Source: Hyphochytrium catenoides
Taxonomy: Eukaryota; Protista; Hyphochytriomycota
Assembly (NCBI GenBank): GCA_900088475.1
Contig: FLMG01002232.1
Coordinates: forward strand, 6,338-70,337
Length of the DNA: 64,000 bases
Direction of reading: 5' to 3'
A program made the position numbers and the translations under genes. The notes beneath the pieces are model-generated. The model did no database searches and had not been told where the DNA came from. It worked only from the letters and a program-made list of their open reading frames with translations. Of the stretch, positions 46,877 to 60,728 are shown one piece after another (positions within the stretch are counted from its first letter, which is position 1; each line of letters begins with the position of its first letter).

Positions 46877-49800
46877 ATGGTAGGTGCTAGATGTCTGCTG
46901 TCAACGATCGCCATCTTGATGTGTTCCCTTAGCTCTCAGTCTCGGCGCCTTCTCTTCTTCAGTAATGCATCCTTTGATACATCTTTTCTATATCAGGAAA
47001 AGTTCAACCGTTGGTCTGATAAGGAGACGGGCTTGAATCCCTTCGTGCCGTATAACCACACCCTTCGTGGTGCTCTACCTGCCAAAGTGCTGAGGGTGAC
47101 ATGGGGAAGTCTTCTCTTCACTGTTCGACTGATCCTTGTGTCAGTGGTTGTCCTGTTGCTAGCCCTTCTCGAAGGCCTTTCGTGGCTGCTGGTGAGCTCT
47201 CTGGCCTTTCTGATTGAGAGTTATTCTCATCCCACTTCTGGCGTGTTCCTCTTACTCTAACTTGCAACTACCGCGGTTGCACTCTCAGCAGCAGTTCAGC
47301 TATTGCTTCTCTGTCAGTAAGAGACAGACAACTCTTTGTATGCAATGTTGGCTCAGCTTGTCGAGCGGTTTCTTCTCCCGTCTTTGCTTGCCGAGTCTTC
47401 TTGCATCACTCTCACGGTTATTGACTCCCGCCAGATTGTTCCACAACTTCAAAGAGTCATTCAGCGACCCAGTGAGGCTTTGCTTGCTAGGCTGGTGCTA
47501 GTACTGCTGGGAGTTTTTGTCACGGAGGAGGAGGCAAACGTTAGGAAGCTCGGTCTCAGGTGTGCTTGCGTCGTTACCACTCAATGAATAGACACCGAGA
47601 GGGAGAAAAAGAGAAAATGAGCGCGAGAGGAGCATCCTTCTCATCTCAAACGGTCAAGCGCCTTCCAATAAGCCTGCCATGAAACTGCCAACATACAGAG
47701 AGTGCATTGGGAAACTAAGCGATATGAAGGAAAGAGCTTTTACCGTTTACAAAGACCTAAATCTCTTGCTTTGGACAGGCTTCAGATGCCCAAAGGCTCG
47801 AGAGCAGAAAAGGTGAAGAGCGGAGACATCATCATAGCCAATCACTCTTCATTTGTGGAGATTCTTTATCTTGCAGCGCGCTTTTCGCCTGTTTTCACTC
47901 TGATAGCTAATGAAGGTCCCTACAAGGTAGGTCTTTTGGCGTCAGAAGCCCACTTACATCGTTCCCACTGTTATATACTTTCTTCTACGCTCGGCTGCGC
48001 GTTCGTAGTGAGGCTTGGAAGAGTCTATCACCGATGACATAATGTACACCTTTTCTCTGCAGCATATGTTCACATGATCCTTTCTTTGGCTGGTTAGCTA
48101 TAGTCTAATGCGAACAGAGCAGGCCACATTCCTTACCATCCTCGCCCTCTTTGTAATCCCGTCGGTAGGGCACTGTCAGGCCGTGCGGGCTTTTTAGCGC
48201 CTTGCAGCAATCAATGGCCAAGCCACAAGTTCTCGCTTTCAAGGTTTACAACCTGAACACTCTCTTTCTCATCCATCGTCTTTCTTCTCGAGCTGCTTAC
48301 TAGGTAGAATGTGCGACTGACTGCCTGCCACCCGGGCCTGCTGTTTATTACCACGTGTGGCCAGAACAATTGCGCGGCTGCTATTGCGCGGCTGCCTAGT
48401 CTGCTACTTTCAACCTTATCGTAGAATGTGCGGCTGACTGCCTGCCACCCGGGCCTGCTGTTTATTACCACGTGTGGCCAGAACAATTGCGCGGCTGCTA
48501 TTGCGTGGCTGCCTAGTCTGCTACTTTCAACCTTATCCTGTTGCTGTGTCGCTTCCCCTTGTCATCTTTATGCGTCTTCCTTGGACCTGCCTCGCAGTCT
48601 TGCTATCTAAGCTCTGTACCACCATTGTGACCAATCTACCTTGTCAGGGCATACCGCTAAGTGAAGTCGTAAGGCGTGCCTATGGTCCAGTGGTAGTCTT
48701 GCCTGAGGTAGGTAGACCAGGAACGTATTAAGAAGGTAGTAGGGTTGTCTTTTGTTGGTGATATGTGGGTTGAAAGGGTTAAATGCTTGTCTCGTCAAAC
48801 AGTCCACAGGGTAGAAGCGACGTAGTCCCTAAAGGTAGTATTGAACCGAGAAAGAGGAGACCGGCTGTCACCCCGGCTAATAGGAGACATACGTCTTTTC
48901 TGTCTGTCCCTTTAGGGTGCCCGGACAAACTGCCGCGGGGTGCTAGAGTTTCTTCCAGTCTTCGAAGGTCAAGACAGCAATGATGCGGCGTTCAGACGAG
49001 CCCATCTCATGGCGTTCCGGTGAGATCAGCAAGACGCTCCTCTTATAGCTCTTATCATCCGTTCTGCCCTCCATGCCATCATAACTGCACTTTATTCCTT
49101 TCTGCGTCGTCTTTTTACCCCGGCCTGGTTTCTCGATGGACTAGCGGTCTCGACGCTACTTCTAAAACATGCTCCACTTTGGGTAGGTACGACTATAAGA
49201 ACTTCAGCCCGGCCATGCCCGTAGGCAACTGGTACGCTCACCTCTTCTGGATCGCATCTCAGGTATATGCACTGAGCTATCGTCTTGGGTCCTTGCTGGC
49301 AGCGTGGCATCTATCCTTAAGTCGCTTAAGAGTCGGAAAGTGATTTTATCCAAAAACTCTCCTTATTTATCACGTTTCGTCGTAGTTTTCCAACCGCCTG
49401 AGGGCCACTATGACCTACGCTCGGGACCTTCCACCATTTCCTCAAGGAGCTTCCGATAAAAACTCCAAGGACGAGCTTGGGAACTTGCTCCCGGAGACGC
49501 CAAGGTATAGCCGCATTAACTGTCACCTGTCCCCTCGTTCGCTCCCTCTTTCAGAGTGTCTTTCCTTTCTATTGTTTGTCCGTCTGTTCTCACTTTTTCC
49601 TTTGACTCTGGTCATTAGCCACTACATCGCCGCTATCCGCATGAGACTCTCTAATGTCGTTCTCCAATTACTTGCATACAATTGTTCCCTTTAACAGCCT
49701 CTGGGTAGCTCGAATACGCTCGATCCTGGCTGCAATGCTTCGTACGAAGACTGTCAAGCTTAGAGCTGAGGACCATAGGACTTTCTCAGCGTACTGGGAC

Positions 49801-49887
49801 CACCTAGCACAAGGAGGCAGGAAAAGTGCCGCTGAATTCACATCTCGTGCAGCACCTCACGAGCATGCCAAGGCAAGATTAAAATAG
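46877..49887 (+). CDS. LOA1/VPS66-like lysophospholipid acyltransferase (PlsC superfamily); first coding exon is ATG only (46877-46879)
   Basis: M|EKFNRWSDKETGLNPFVP (LOA1-like N-terminus), hydrophobic anchor, IIANHSSFVEILYL and VVVLPE|GARTNCRGVLEF. Confidence 0.82.
48304..48537 (+). repeat. 2 x 117 bp tandem direct repeat inside an acyltransferase intron
   Basis: Units 48304-48420 and 48421-48537 differ at two positions (GCGACTG/GCGGCTG and GCGCGGC/GCGTGGC). Confidence 0.95.
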
Positions 49888-50926
49888 TAATCTCAATATT
49901 ATAGAGTTCTTTCCGCTGTCATTATCCAGCACATCTACTCGTACAGCCCTCAAACTCGAGAAGCCTCGAAGCTTCCACAAGCCACCTCAGCATCCTTCGC
50001 CAATAATATGGATTGATGGACATATTCTCACTAAAGCATAAACGCACCCATGTCAGCAGTGCAACTTAGACCAGTGAGCTTCTTCCTCCAGCCTGATACA
50101 GAGCACTTGCATCTCAGATGCAGATGATCCTGCCTCTAAAGGACTGGAGTTTGCAAGCAATGCGTCTGCTTTCATTCTTCGTCTCCAACAGAGCTGCAGA
50201 CCCACGAATCATCAGAACTCAGAAGCCTATATGTCCCGGAGGAGCTCTGGGGATATTCATTTTCAGCACCTATTTTAGACGATGTGGAGATCAGGGCAAG
50301 AGAGGATGTAAACAGGTATATGATGTCAGTCAATGAGCTAAGTCACGAATACAGAATAACCGAACTTGAAGACATATTTGTTATTGGGGGTTGTTCGTCC
50401 CAAGCCTCTGTCTCACTCTCTGCTTCTCACTCACACTATCACCAAGCTCTGTCTCAAAGACATAGACTTGCAAGTACAGTCAAATACAAATCTCTATAAA
50501 AGCGCATAAATCTTCCTCTTTATCTCTCTGTCACTTTCCCTTCTGTATCCATCGCTCTGGCACAATGCCAAAGCATCATCTTCATGAAGCTCTTGGAAGC
50601 TCGCACTCAGCACTGACTCAGCCTCATTGAGCCTGTGCTCTATCCGTGGTCAAGCGTAGCTTCTGACTGGATAAAGGAAGAGGAGCAGGTTAATAGATCG
50701 CGAGGAGCAAGGCACTGTTGCCTGGCTAGATAGAGTAGATTCTCTAGGATCTGACTTGCATCGCAATGCTCTCAACCGCTGGGTAGATCAGCAATACGCG
50801 ACACTGGATTGCTGGCGTCCTTTTCTCCTCCATTGCTCTATGGGCATCATATAGCCAGCCGCAGAGAGACAGATAGTAGATAAGCGCAAGACGCAAGAGG
50901 TGCGACAGGACCGGGCCGACAGCAGG

Positions 50927-53900
50927 ATGTCTGACAAGAAGAAGTTTGTCATTAGGCCGTTTCGGCCGAACATCAGCATGGACGAGGCTAAGGCCAAAGG
51001 CATCTTAGATTCACTGCGCACAGCCATAGACGCCATACATAGCATGAATGCTTCCCAGTTGAGTTTTGAGGAGTTATACAGGTACAGTCGAGTACTCTGC
51101 AGATGCCATGCATAGTTCCCTTCCAGCGACGACCGTTTGCATGTGCCATACGTACCTTTTACACATGCGTACCTTTCACTTGCACTTCGGATATTATGCC
51201 TAGGATGGGATGTCTTTAGTCATCTTCTCTGGGCTCTAGGACCTGAATTGATCGGTCGTTTAGCAGCTTTTGACTTGGCATGGCTGAGTTTTAGCTGGAA
51301 CGTATCTTCTCTAGTCTTACTCCCTCTGAACACCCTCATGAGCATAGCTCGGCGGACTGGATTGCCCTCAAGATATCTGATGCCTAGACCCTACAACTCG
51401 ACTCCCTCCTAAAATTTGCCTTCTTTTATCCTAGGTCGGCATATAACCTGGTGCTTCATAAGTATGGGGACATGCTTTACACAGGCGTACAGAAGGCGAT
51501 AGCCGACCACTTGGTAGAAACAGCCAAAGAAGTCTCAACAACGCCTGATGATTATCTGCTGACTGTTCTCAACGCGAAGTGGAGCGATCATAAGGTCGTA
51601 ATGGTAATGATAAAGGACATTATGATGTACATGGTGAGGAACACAACGACACCCTTCTCTTTCACGTCAATCACTTTCTTCTACCTCTTGTTGTTCTAGC
51701 ATAACGATGTCTTTTTGGCACTGCAAACCTCATACTGCTCAATGGCTTGTGTGAAAGCCAGAGATAGCAACACATTTTAATATCTCTCACCATAGTGCTC
51801 TGTCGCGTCTTTGATCTAGTAAACTTTGCCCTTTTGGGCAAGGTGGTGACCCTCTTATTTTTCTTCAACTTCATGCTTTCGTCTGTTCCAACATTCCTCT
51901 CCTTAGTAGTGTTGACTTGTTCGTCGGCGCCTCGTTGTTGAGGAGGTGACGGCGATGTTGAGGAGGCGCTAGTGTACATTTGCCTCAGAGGGTTTTGCTT
52001 AAAGGCTTTCTTCGAGCATTTTGCAAAGATGTTTTGAACTTCGGACACTGCTACTCTACCCTCTCTCTGTCGTCTACCTTAACTCGCACTTTTGTGGCTA
52101 CGTAGGATCGAACTTACGTGGCGCAGAACCGAAAGGTTCCCGTTTACGATCTTGGTCTTCAGCTCTTTAGAGAAAAGATAGTACGACATGAACAAGTACA
52201 GGACAGGCTTCAAAATCTTCTCCTAGACATTGTGGAAAGGTAAAGGTTCCGTAGTGGCAGAGTTGAGTGTAGTCTATTAGAGACTGACACCGTGAGGGTT
52301 AGACGTCTGAAAGGCATTGGACAGGAAACTCATTGTACGTAGGCAAGGCGTAAAGACAGCAAGATGTAGGAAGTGGGTGCTAGAATGATGGAAGGTTTCA
52401 GGGAACATGAGGATGATGCAAACCTTCTACGAAGGGAATAAAACTGACTGGTGGTCTCTGTATCTGACCAGAGAGCGGCGAGGAGAGCTAATTGACCGCG
52501 TTTTGATGAAGAACACGCTGTCTATGCTTGTGGACCTAGGAGTGCACTCGACCCAGCTTTATGAAGAGCTGTTTGAGCAGCACTTACTTAGGATTACTGA
52601 ACAGTTCTACCGGGCAGAAAGCCAGCAGTATCTTGACAAAAACTCGTGTTCAGATTACTTAAGAAAGGTAAGGACGAGCTCTCAGAATGTCGCCTGCCAC
52701 TTTCTCTTTTCATCCCATCAGCCCATTCAGTGCTCTTTCACTGTTCTTGATGTCTTGCCTCAATTCTCCATTTCCAAGGCTCCCAAGAATCTCGATTTTC
52801 CGCCATTATCATCTTCTCGCCCTGCATCTTTGTTTATTCGTAAGGGGAACGCGGCCATACAATTTAGTGGTATTGCTGTCTGGTAGCTTCTTACCTTCTA
52901 ACGTTCTGTTTGGCGGCACTCTCTTAAGCTAGATTTGTGCTTGCGTTGACCTCCCACATCCTCTATCTTCTCTCGATGGTTAGCGCTGTTCTTTGTATGG
53001 GGTCACTCTTTTACACTCTTTTCATCGTCTTACTTTCAATGTAGACTGAGGAGCGGCTGCAAGAGGAAGCCAATCGTGTGACCCATTATCTGCATCCCTC
53101 TACCGAGCCGCACCTAAAGAAAACGGTGGAAACAGAGCTCATACAGAAGCACGCTAAGTCCCTCGTAGAGGTATGGCCTTCTTTGGTTGCCACCGGCTAG
53201 CAGGCTGCACTCTCCTAGTTCCGATGGCCTCCTTAATATGCCAAACTTTTTTCGGCGCTATTCTGTGCCCTTTCCTGATCCTGTCTTACCTTCGAAGCCG
53301 CGGTATTGATAGTTACTCCGCGTTACAGATGGATGGCTCTGGTGCAGTGACTCTATTTAGGGACGACAAGATTGATGGTAACACCTGCATCATATCTTGC
53401 CATTCTTTTTCTTCCACTGATCTATGTGCTGTTCCTTTTAGACCTGAAGCGGATGTACTCTCTATTTTGTCGAGTACCGTCCACCCTCCAGGACCTCAAA
53501 GCTTCGATGCAGGACTATATTAAGAGATTAGGAGAGGAGCTAGTAAGACGGCAGGAGGAGGTCAAGGAGACCGTTTCTTTTGTTCAAGGCCTGCTGAATC
53601 TTAGGGATAAGTTTGAGAGAATTGTCTCTGACGCATTTTCGGGGGACAAGCAGTTTCATCGTGGGCTGAAAGAGGTAAAGCAAAGGCGGAACGGTTGAGG
53701 TGTTAAGAGCTCCGTCTACTCCGTTGTTTTTCTCTTGTGGCTTTACCTCGTTTTCACTTGAGCATGAGTTCTTCCCTGCTCTCTTGTAAAGGCTGACTTG
53801 CGCGATCTTGGCTCTTTTTCTGACACTTCTTTATGGGTCCATTCTCTGCCGTCATCATTACATTAGGCTTTCGAGAGTTTTATAAATCTTGATTCACGAT

Positions 53901-56293
53901 GCGCGTCGTATCTGGCATCCTACGTTGACGAGTTGCTGAGGAACGGACTTAAAGGGAAGAGTGAGGAGGAATGTGATCAGCTACTGGATAAGGTTGTTGT
54001 ACTATTCAGATACCTACAGGTACAGGCCATTCCGTCGTATCATTGTTCCTCGCATGGCCCGCGAAGGATTGATCCTCACGAGAGCTAATGTATGATAAAC
54101 CTCCTCGCGTCCCGCTTATAGGACAAAGATATTTTTGAGAGCTATTACAAGCAGCATCTCTCCAAACGCCTTCTGTCGGACAGAAGTGGCTCAGATGAGA
54201 TGGAGAGGAACATGATTGCAAAGCTCAAGGTTAGGACCGAGAGCTGTCAATCGTCTCGCGGATCCCCTATCACGCAAGCTTTGCATCTCTCTGACAACAC
54301 CTCTCTCTGCCTGTTCAACATAGACGGAATGCGGTTATCAGTTCACGTCAAAGCTTGAGGGAATGTTCTCCGATATGAAGGTGTCTAAAGACTCTATGGA
54401 TGAGTTCAGAAGGATCAACGGGGTGAGTCTGACAGCAGTCGCTCATTCCTTATTCGACTGACTTGGCTGACTCTCTCCGCCGGTTGAGCTTCCTTTCCTT
54501 CTTGGCTAGAAAGCTGCACGCTCCGTTCGGCCCTTCATCGCTCTATTCATCCGCTTTTGTCTGTTTGGAGCGCCTTGATGATGGCATTGGAAGTACCTTG
54601 CCCTCTTGAAATTAGTACTTCATCTCTTCCTCCCGTTTTCCTTTATGGTACACTCTCTTAGTTTCTCGCTTTCGGTATCTCTATCTCCTTTCTTTTCTCT
54701 CTTCTGCTCTTCTCATCTCTCTCTCTCGCTCTTCCACACTCTCTGATACACAATGTTCCCAATCGCTGCATTGGCTCAACAGAAAAGCGTGGGCGGAATC
54801 GAGTTTTCTGTGAATGTCCTCACGTGCGGGTCTTGGCCAATTCCAATGGTGCCCAAATGCGTCCTACCGCCGCAGCTGGTGCAGTGTTGTGAGACCTTCC
54901 AGCGGTACTACTTTGCCAAGCACACAGGCAGAAAGCTCACGTGGCATACAAACGTGGTATGTGCAGAAGCACGAGCAGCTACTCTGTAATGTCGAACGAT
55001 AGAGAAAAAGGAAAGCTAGCAGCGTCCACCCGTGGACCTAGAAAAGCAACAATTGAGAGGAGAGAGTGGGAGTGAGAGACACACAAGTTGGTCTTGGCCA
55101 ACCCTATAATTCTTCCTCGGCTGTATACCGTCCTTTCAACCATCACCCACTAACATGCTGAGACCCCTTTTCGCACTATCTAGGGTACTGCAGATCTTCG
55201 GGCGGTCTTTGACCGGAAGTACGAGATGACTGTCACATCCTATCAGATGTGCATACTTCTTCTCTTCAATGACAAGCCAAAGCTGTCATACAAAGAAATA
55301 GCATCTGAGACGCAGATTGTGGAGGAAGACCTGAGGAGACATCTCCTTTCGCTTTGCACTCCCAAGGCCCGCATTCTTCTGAAAGAAAGCAAAGGGAAAA
55401 GCATAGAGACCGACGACGTCTTCACCATCAATGAAGGCTTCAAAAACAGAGTACAGCGTTTCAAGGTGAGCACCGTTCTAAAGAATTGTTTGAGCAAGCA
55501 AAGAACAATGGCAGAACGCATAGGAATGGATAACAGACAGACAAACGCCAATGGGATGAAAAGCAATCTAACACCTGAGAGAAGGAAGTACCACGGCAAC
55601 CAGAGTAGCCATGAGCTAAGCACGGAACTGGAGCATTAGAGTGTTCTCAAGGTCCCGGAAACCTCATTTCTGAACTACTTCTCTGCCCAGGTACCCCTCA
55701 TTTCTCATAAGGAGAGACTGCCCAACGTGGTCCCAGAGCCAGTCGAGGAGGATAGAAAGCATCAGATCGAGGCTGCTATTGTTCGTATCATGAAGACAAG
55801 AAAGACAGTCGAAGTAAGCAGGAATTGTTATCTACTCGATCTAGGTGGTTTGGATTGGGAAGCGGTTCGGCTCGCTCTATTCTTTAACTGCATCTTGCCT
55901 TAGAATGTACCAGTAGCTAGGTGATACGGGCTGTCATCGGTCCACATAAAACTCTGCGTATTGGCTGAGATAGATGACTGCCTCGTTGTCTGACAACTCT
56001 TCTTTTTCCTTGGCGCAGCATAACAATCTAATTGCGGAAGTGACCAAGCAGCTTCAGTCAAGATTTGTACCCTCACCTCAGATTATCAAGAAAAGGATCG
56101 AGAGCTTGATCGAGCGCGAATACATTGAAAGAACAGAGACTGACAGGTAAAACCCGAGCAAACCGTCTTCAGCGCTACTTCTCCGTCTCTTGATGATAGA
56201 GCTTTCACTTCTTTATTAGCGCTCCACTGATCGGTCCTTTGCCTGCGCATGCATCTCTCCCTGTGTAGGAGGATATACAACTATTTGGCATAG
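50927..56293 (+). CDS. CUL3: Cullin-3, about 15 exons
   Basis: [12 protein letters not shown]|[16 protein letters not shown]|DRTYV, FRYLQ|[19 protein letters not shown]|[33 protein letters not shown] (neddylation Lys), [19 protein letters not shown]. Confidence 0.97.
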
Positions 56294-56443
56294 GAAGGCA
56301 GCGTCGCGCTGGGCGTGGTGGTGCCCTTTCCCAGTTACTCCTCTTTCACTTTCTTTCTTCGCGTCACAGAGGAAGGGACATCCCATGAAGAATATGGAGA
56401 AGAGGAGTGGTCTTCCTTTCTTGGTTGAAAGTGCCTATTTATC

Positions 56444-57966
56444 TCACCTCCTTCGGTATCTTCTCCCGCTATCCCTGTCATTGCCATAGTAATAAGAACT
56501 TCTTCCTTTTCTTCCTCTATCTCGACTTCGACTAGGGCTCCTTGTCCGTCTTTCCTTCTCCCTCTCTCCACTCCGACTGTTGCTATACCTATCCCGCCTG
56601 CTGCGGCTCCTACTGCGACTTCTACGCGAAGAAGTCCTTTTTGAATTCGAAGAGGACCTTTCCTGCGACCTCTTCTTCTCTAATGTCCTCTCATCCCCAT
56701 CATTGTCGACCTTCGCTGGCGTTCTAGTCTGCCTGGGTGACTCCTGACCCTCCTTTCCATTGCGGAGAGACTCTTCCGGTTTCTTTGGGCTAAGCTTCTT
56801 GCTCAAGCCGTTTACTTGGTCTCGCTCAGAGGGCTTTCCTATCTCTATATCTTTCACGACACTCTCTTCCATGGCCCTGCATAGCGATGGCGTTAACACT
56901 TAGACAGAGAGCGGGGATAGTAGAAGCATAGCTTGGGCTTGGTTTTCTGTGCAATAGATGAAGAAAGGAAGGGGCAGCCCTCAAGTCCCGAAAGACAGTT
57001 TGGCGAAAAGGGGAAAGGGTCTTAGGTAGGAAGAGAAGAGAGTCAGACCAATGCGAATAGAACTGACAAATGCAGACATCTCGCAATAAGTAAGAGTCAA
57101 GGACGTTAGAGGATCTTCACCTCCTGTCGAACCGTCAAGATAACTTACTCTTCGGCCGGCCCTTCCTTGATAAACCTGCTAGCATCCTCGTTGTAGATCG
57201 CATTCGGCAACAGAGGATCCAGCCATTGCACCCGCTGCACCCTATACAACCGCAATAGTTGACCAGAGACAGCCAGAATATCATCGAGAGAGGCATCGAA
57301 GATGCCCCACCAGGGCGGGTTATCAGGCAGTTTTACCCGCAAGAAGCGGCAGGAAAGAAAGATTGCAGCGCATGCGATAACCTGCCCTGGGTAGCGCACG
57401 CAAAGGTCTAGGCGAAGGCTGTCATTGAGATAGTTCCACGCACTCTGCGCGACTTCTTGACTGAGATCCAAGGCCTTGATATAGTACAGAATAAACTTAT
57501 GCGGATGGTGCATCATCTTGTACAGGCTGAAGCCTAAGTCAATCAGCATCTGCCGCTCCAGGAGAAAGAGATCGTCCTTCCATTGACAATACCTGTCTCC
57601 ACCAATATCTAATGGGATGCGATACATTCGTCTTCTTTTCTGATAGATGTGGAAGAAGACGTTTAGAAGATCCTTGATGCTCTTAGGCTGCTCTTCAATC
57701 TTTGCTGCCAAGAAGGTACACGCCATCGCCGTCCGAAATGCATCAAATTTCTTCAATGACTGACGATAGTAGAACCGATGCAGAAGTGTCTGGCCCGTCA
57801 CCACAGCGACCTGAGGGAGGCGCAGTAGGATGCCACTCTCCTGGATTAGCTCGCATCCCCAGATACGATGCTGTCTCTCCACCTCTGCGGTGACGCCATC
57901 CACACTGGAAGGCGAGCTAATGAGAACGCTTGCCGGGACAAGCGTTTCTTCGGGAGCGCTTACCAT
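56444..57966 (-). CDS. CCNL1: Cyclin L with C-terminal RS-rich tail; 2 exons (intron about 56877-57149)
   Basis: SPSSVDGV, GCELIQESGILLRLPQVAVVTGQTLLHRFYY, FLAAKIEE, HPHKF, AWNYLNDSLR, PPWW; tail RRSRSRSRSRRDR. Confidence 0.94.
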
Positions 57967-58879
57967 CCTGCTTGTACAGCGGTTGTTTGCCTCACCTTAC
58001 CCCTCGCCTCCTGATGGCTCTTAGTTAGTGTCTATTCCCGTTGTCGCCCTAGCATAGTGTCCGCACGCCCAATCGACACGGAGCACCTCCTCCACTACCG
58101 CTTGCTTTGCTCCTATGAAGCTCGGAACAAAGAGATGCTACAGCTAGCTCTGTTAAGCTACTTGTGGACTGCAACTTGAAGCTACTTATGGACTGCCCGT
58201 GGATCGCTAAAGGCTGACGGCCTTCAGCAAGAACAAGCAGCACACAGCCATCGAACAATCTGCATAGAGGCAAGAAGATGAAGGACATGAGGACACTGAT
58301 CTTCAGTTCCCCGTTGCTGTGAGCCTTGTCAGGCAGTCCAGGTCGAACTCTCGACGCTATTTAAAACAGGAACTCATCTATTCCGAAGGAACGCTATAAT
58401 TTAGCTACCTATTTGCGATATGGATATTTGATTGAGGTGAGAAAGGACAAAACAGCGACCGAGCAGCTTTCAGTGTGAGCGTCGAGAGCCTGGGCGAGTC
58501 TGAGGCGATGAGAGAGTTTTCATCATCCTTCTGAAGGAGCTGACACATTAATGTGGTGGGAAGGATATAGTTCTACTACATCATGAAGGAGCTGACAGAC
58601 TGTGTGGGAGGGATCTACATCGTCTATAGTGATGGAAGAGGGACCTATGTGCTTTTCGGCAACTTGGTGTCCTCCGGCGAGCACTAGCCGTAAGACGTGC
58701 TATGCAGAGTCCGTGGCGCATACTTGACGCTGCACTTTATAATGTTTCTTTAGAAAAATGTCGCCCTAGGACAGGTAGCAGCCCCAAGTGCGAGAGCATG
58801 CGGAATAGCTTGGTCGTGAAGTGCTAGACTGGGCCAGCTGAAGCCCCTCAATAAATAAAGTGCACCTCCCTATCCACCT

Positions 58880-60254
58880 CTAGAGCTCCATTTGCCGATT
58901 GAGCCAGCGATTCATGTTCTCATATACGGCGAAGGTAACAGCAGACGTTGGTGCCACTCTAAGTAATGATGGAAATAGTCCTTTGTAAAACCCTCTCAGA
59001 CCTTCACGAGTCAAGATCTTTCTGGCACAGTCTAAGGTACCATCGTAGAGCTCAGCGGCCGGCCCTCCTTGCTGCAACCTTGATCGGATCACTTGGTAAG
59101 GGTACGTGAGAAAGCTCGCCACTATCTTGGATCCAGCTCCAGTTGCTAAGTGGTGAGCTGAGTGCTGCGAAGGGAGACGAGGAAATTGTAAGACAAAAGA
59201 TAATTGCAATTATGGCCAAGCGCGATTTGACTAACAGCGTACCAGATCTCCACCCGTAAGCTTCTGCATCTGATATTTCATCTCTTCATAGACCCAAAAC
59301 TGCCGACAAATGGGTGGTCGCAAGTGTTTAGACAGAGGCGAAGGGAACAAAGAGAGTAAGCGGGAGATTGATGGCACGCAGTTATAAGGAATACCCATGG
59401 ACCACGAGAAGAAAGCAACGTTGCATTGAATAACCATATCAAGGCAGCAAGAAGGAGAAGGGAGGTCTGTAGCGCAGATGCTGGCGCGAAAACGGACCTG
59501 AAGTGCTCCATTTGAGACAAGAATAAGCCCCGGTATGATGCCTCGATAGAACCCCACAACTCCTTCCTCAAGGTATATTCGTCTGAACGCATCTACAACT
59601 AGAGCGTCATGCCTCACGGTTCATACGATAAAATTGCAGAACCAAAACCTTACCTCGCATGCTCTGGTATGGCCTTAGGCCCGCTAAAGACTTTGGTTGT
59701 ACGTGCTTCAGGGTTTCCTTCGCCTCTGCCTGCCATGCAGCTTCTGTTTGAAGCTGAAGCCTTGTCTTCACCAACCAGATTGGGTTCGTTATCAGAGTGC
59801 ATATGGTTCCTGCTTGAGCCGCAGAGATCAGATGATAATAGTTCGGGAGGCGGTCTTTAGGCCCTAGCTCAGGTAGCAGGTGCTTCTTGTACAGCGACTT
59901 GAACTTCTCATAGAGAAAGAAGTAGGCACCCCAGGAAGAAGAAGATGCTAGCAGTGTGGGCGTGAGACCCCTTGTGAACCCGATCGGCCCTTCTGTCCTG
60001 AATATTGTGCTGAAGGCGTGAAACAAAGACCGATACGCCTTCTTAGAGGTATAGTGGACCTGATAACGAGTGCGCACTAAATCCAAGGGGTAGAACATGG
60101 TCGTTGACACAAGTCCGGCCGTGAACCCAGCGGCTGAGTGAATGTAGAGCTTCTTCTTGCCAGTGTGGTCACGTTGGACGCTACTCCTGGCAAACTCACT
60201 CCTTGCTCCGCCGCTTCTGGCGGAGAGCTCGGTCTTGAGGCTAGCACTGCTCAT
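58880..60254 (-). CDS. Mitochondrial carrier, folate/FAD (SLC25A32-like) subfamily; 4 exons
   Basis: Three Px[DE]xx[KR]xR-type repeats: YPLDLVRTRYQ, NPIWLVKTRLQ and YPYQVIRSRLQ. The W and Q substitutions in repeats 2 and 3 are typical of the folate/FAD/NAD carrier group. Confidence 0.9.
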
Positions 60255-60352
60255 ACTTCTCTGGATTGATGATTGACTTACGTGCTGCTAAGTTCACCTA
60301 GCTTCAGACAGACGACATCCATCCATCAATCTAATCCCCCGCCCTATTCTTT

Positions 60353-60405
60353 NNNNNNNNNNNNNNNNNNNNNNNNNNNNNNNNNNNNNNNNNNNNNNNN
60401 NNNNN
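60353..60405. other. Assembly gap (N run)
   Basis: Run of N. Confidence 0.99.
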
Positions 60406-60728
60406 AACAAGCCCAACGGATGAGCAGGTGGCTGTCGATTCACTGGTGCTATGTGCCGCGCGTGAGCCATAAAGTCACATGCTGATGAGCTCTTTTTAGG
60501 GCTTGCAGATGCTCCGTTGAGCATGAAGAAAGGGTGCTGAGCATGAGAAGAAAGTGTCGTGATCAATGAGGAAGTGAGACAGCAGAACAAACGAGACAGA
60601 GGACCCATTATAGTTGTCAAAAGCTTAATACATCGGGACAAGAGATACGACTCTTCTTTAACTCTCCCACAACGCTCATCAGAGCTCGAAGCTCAAGCAA
60701 TTTCTGACGACTTGGTGCAAAAAAGTAT

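Noticed and set aside
58530-58640. Imperfect repeat of about 52 bp (TGAAGGAGCTGACA twice)
   Set aside because: Only a 14 bp exact core with no further structure; probably an old local duplication
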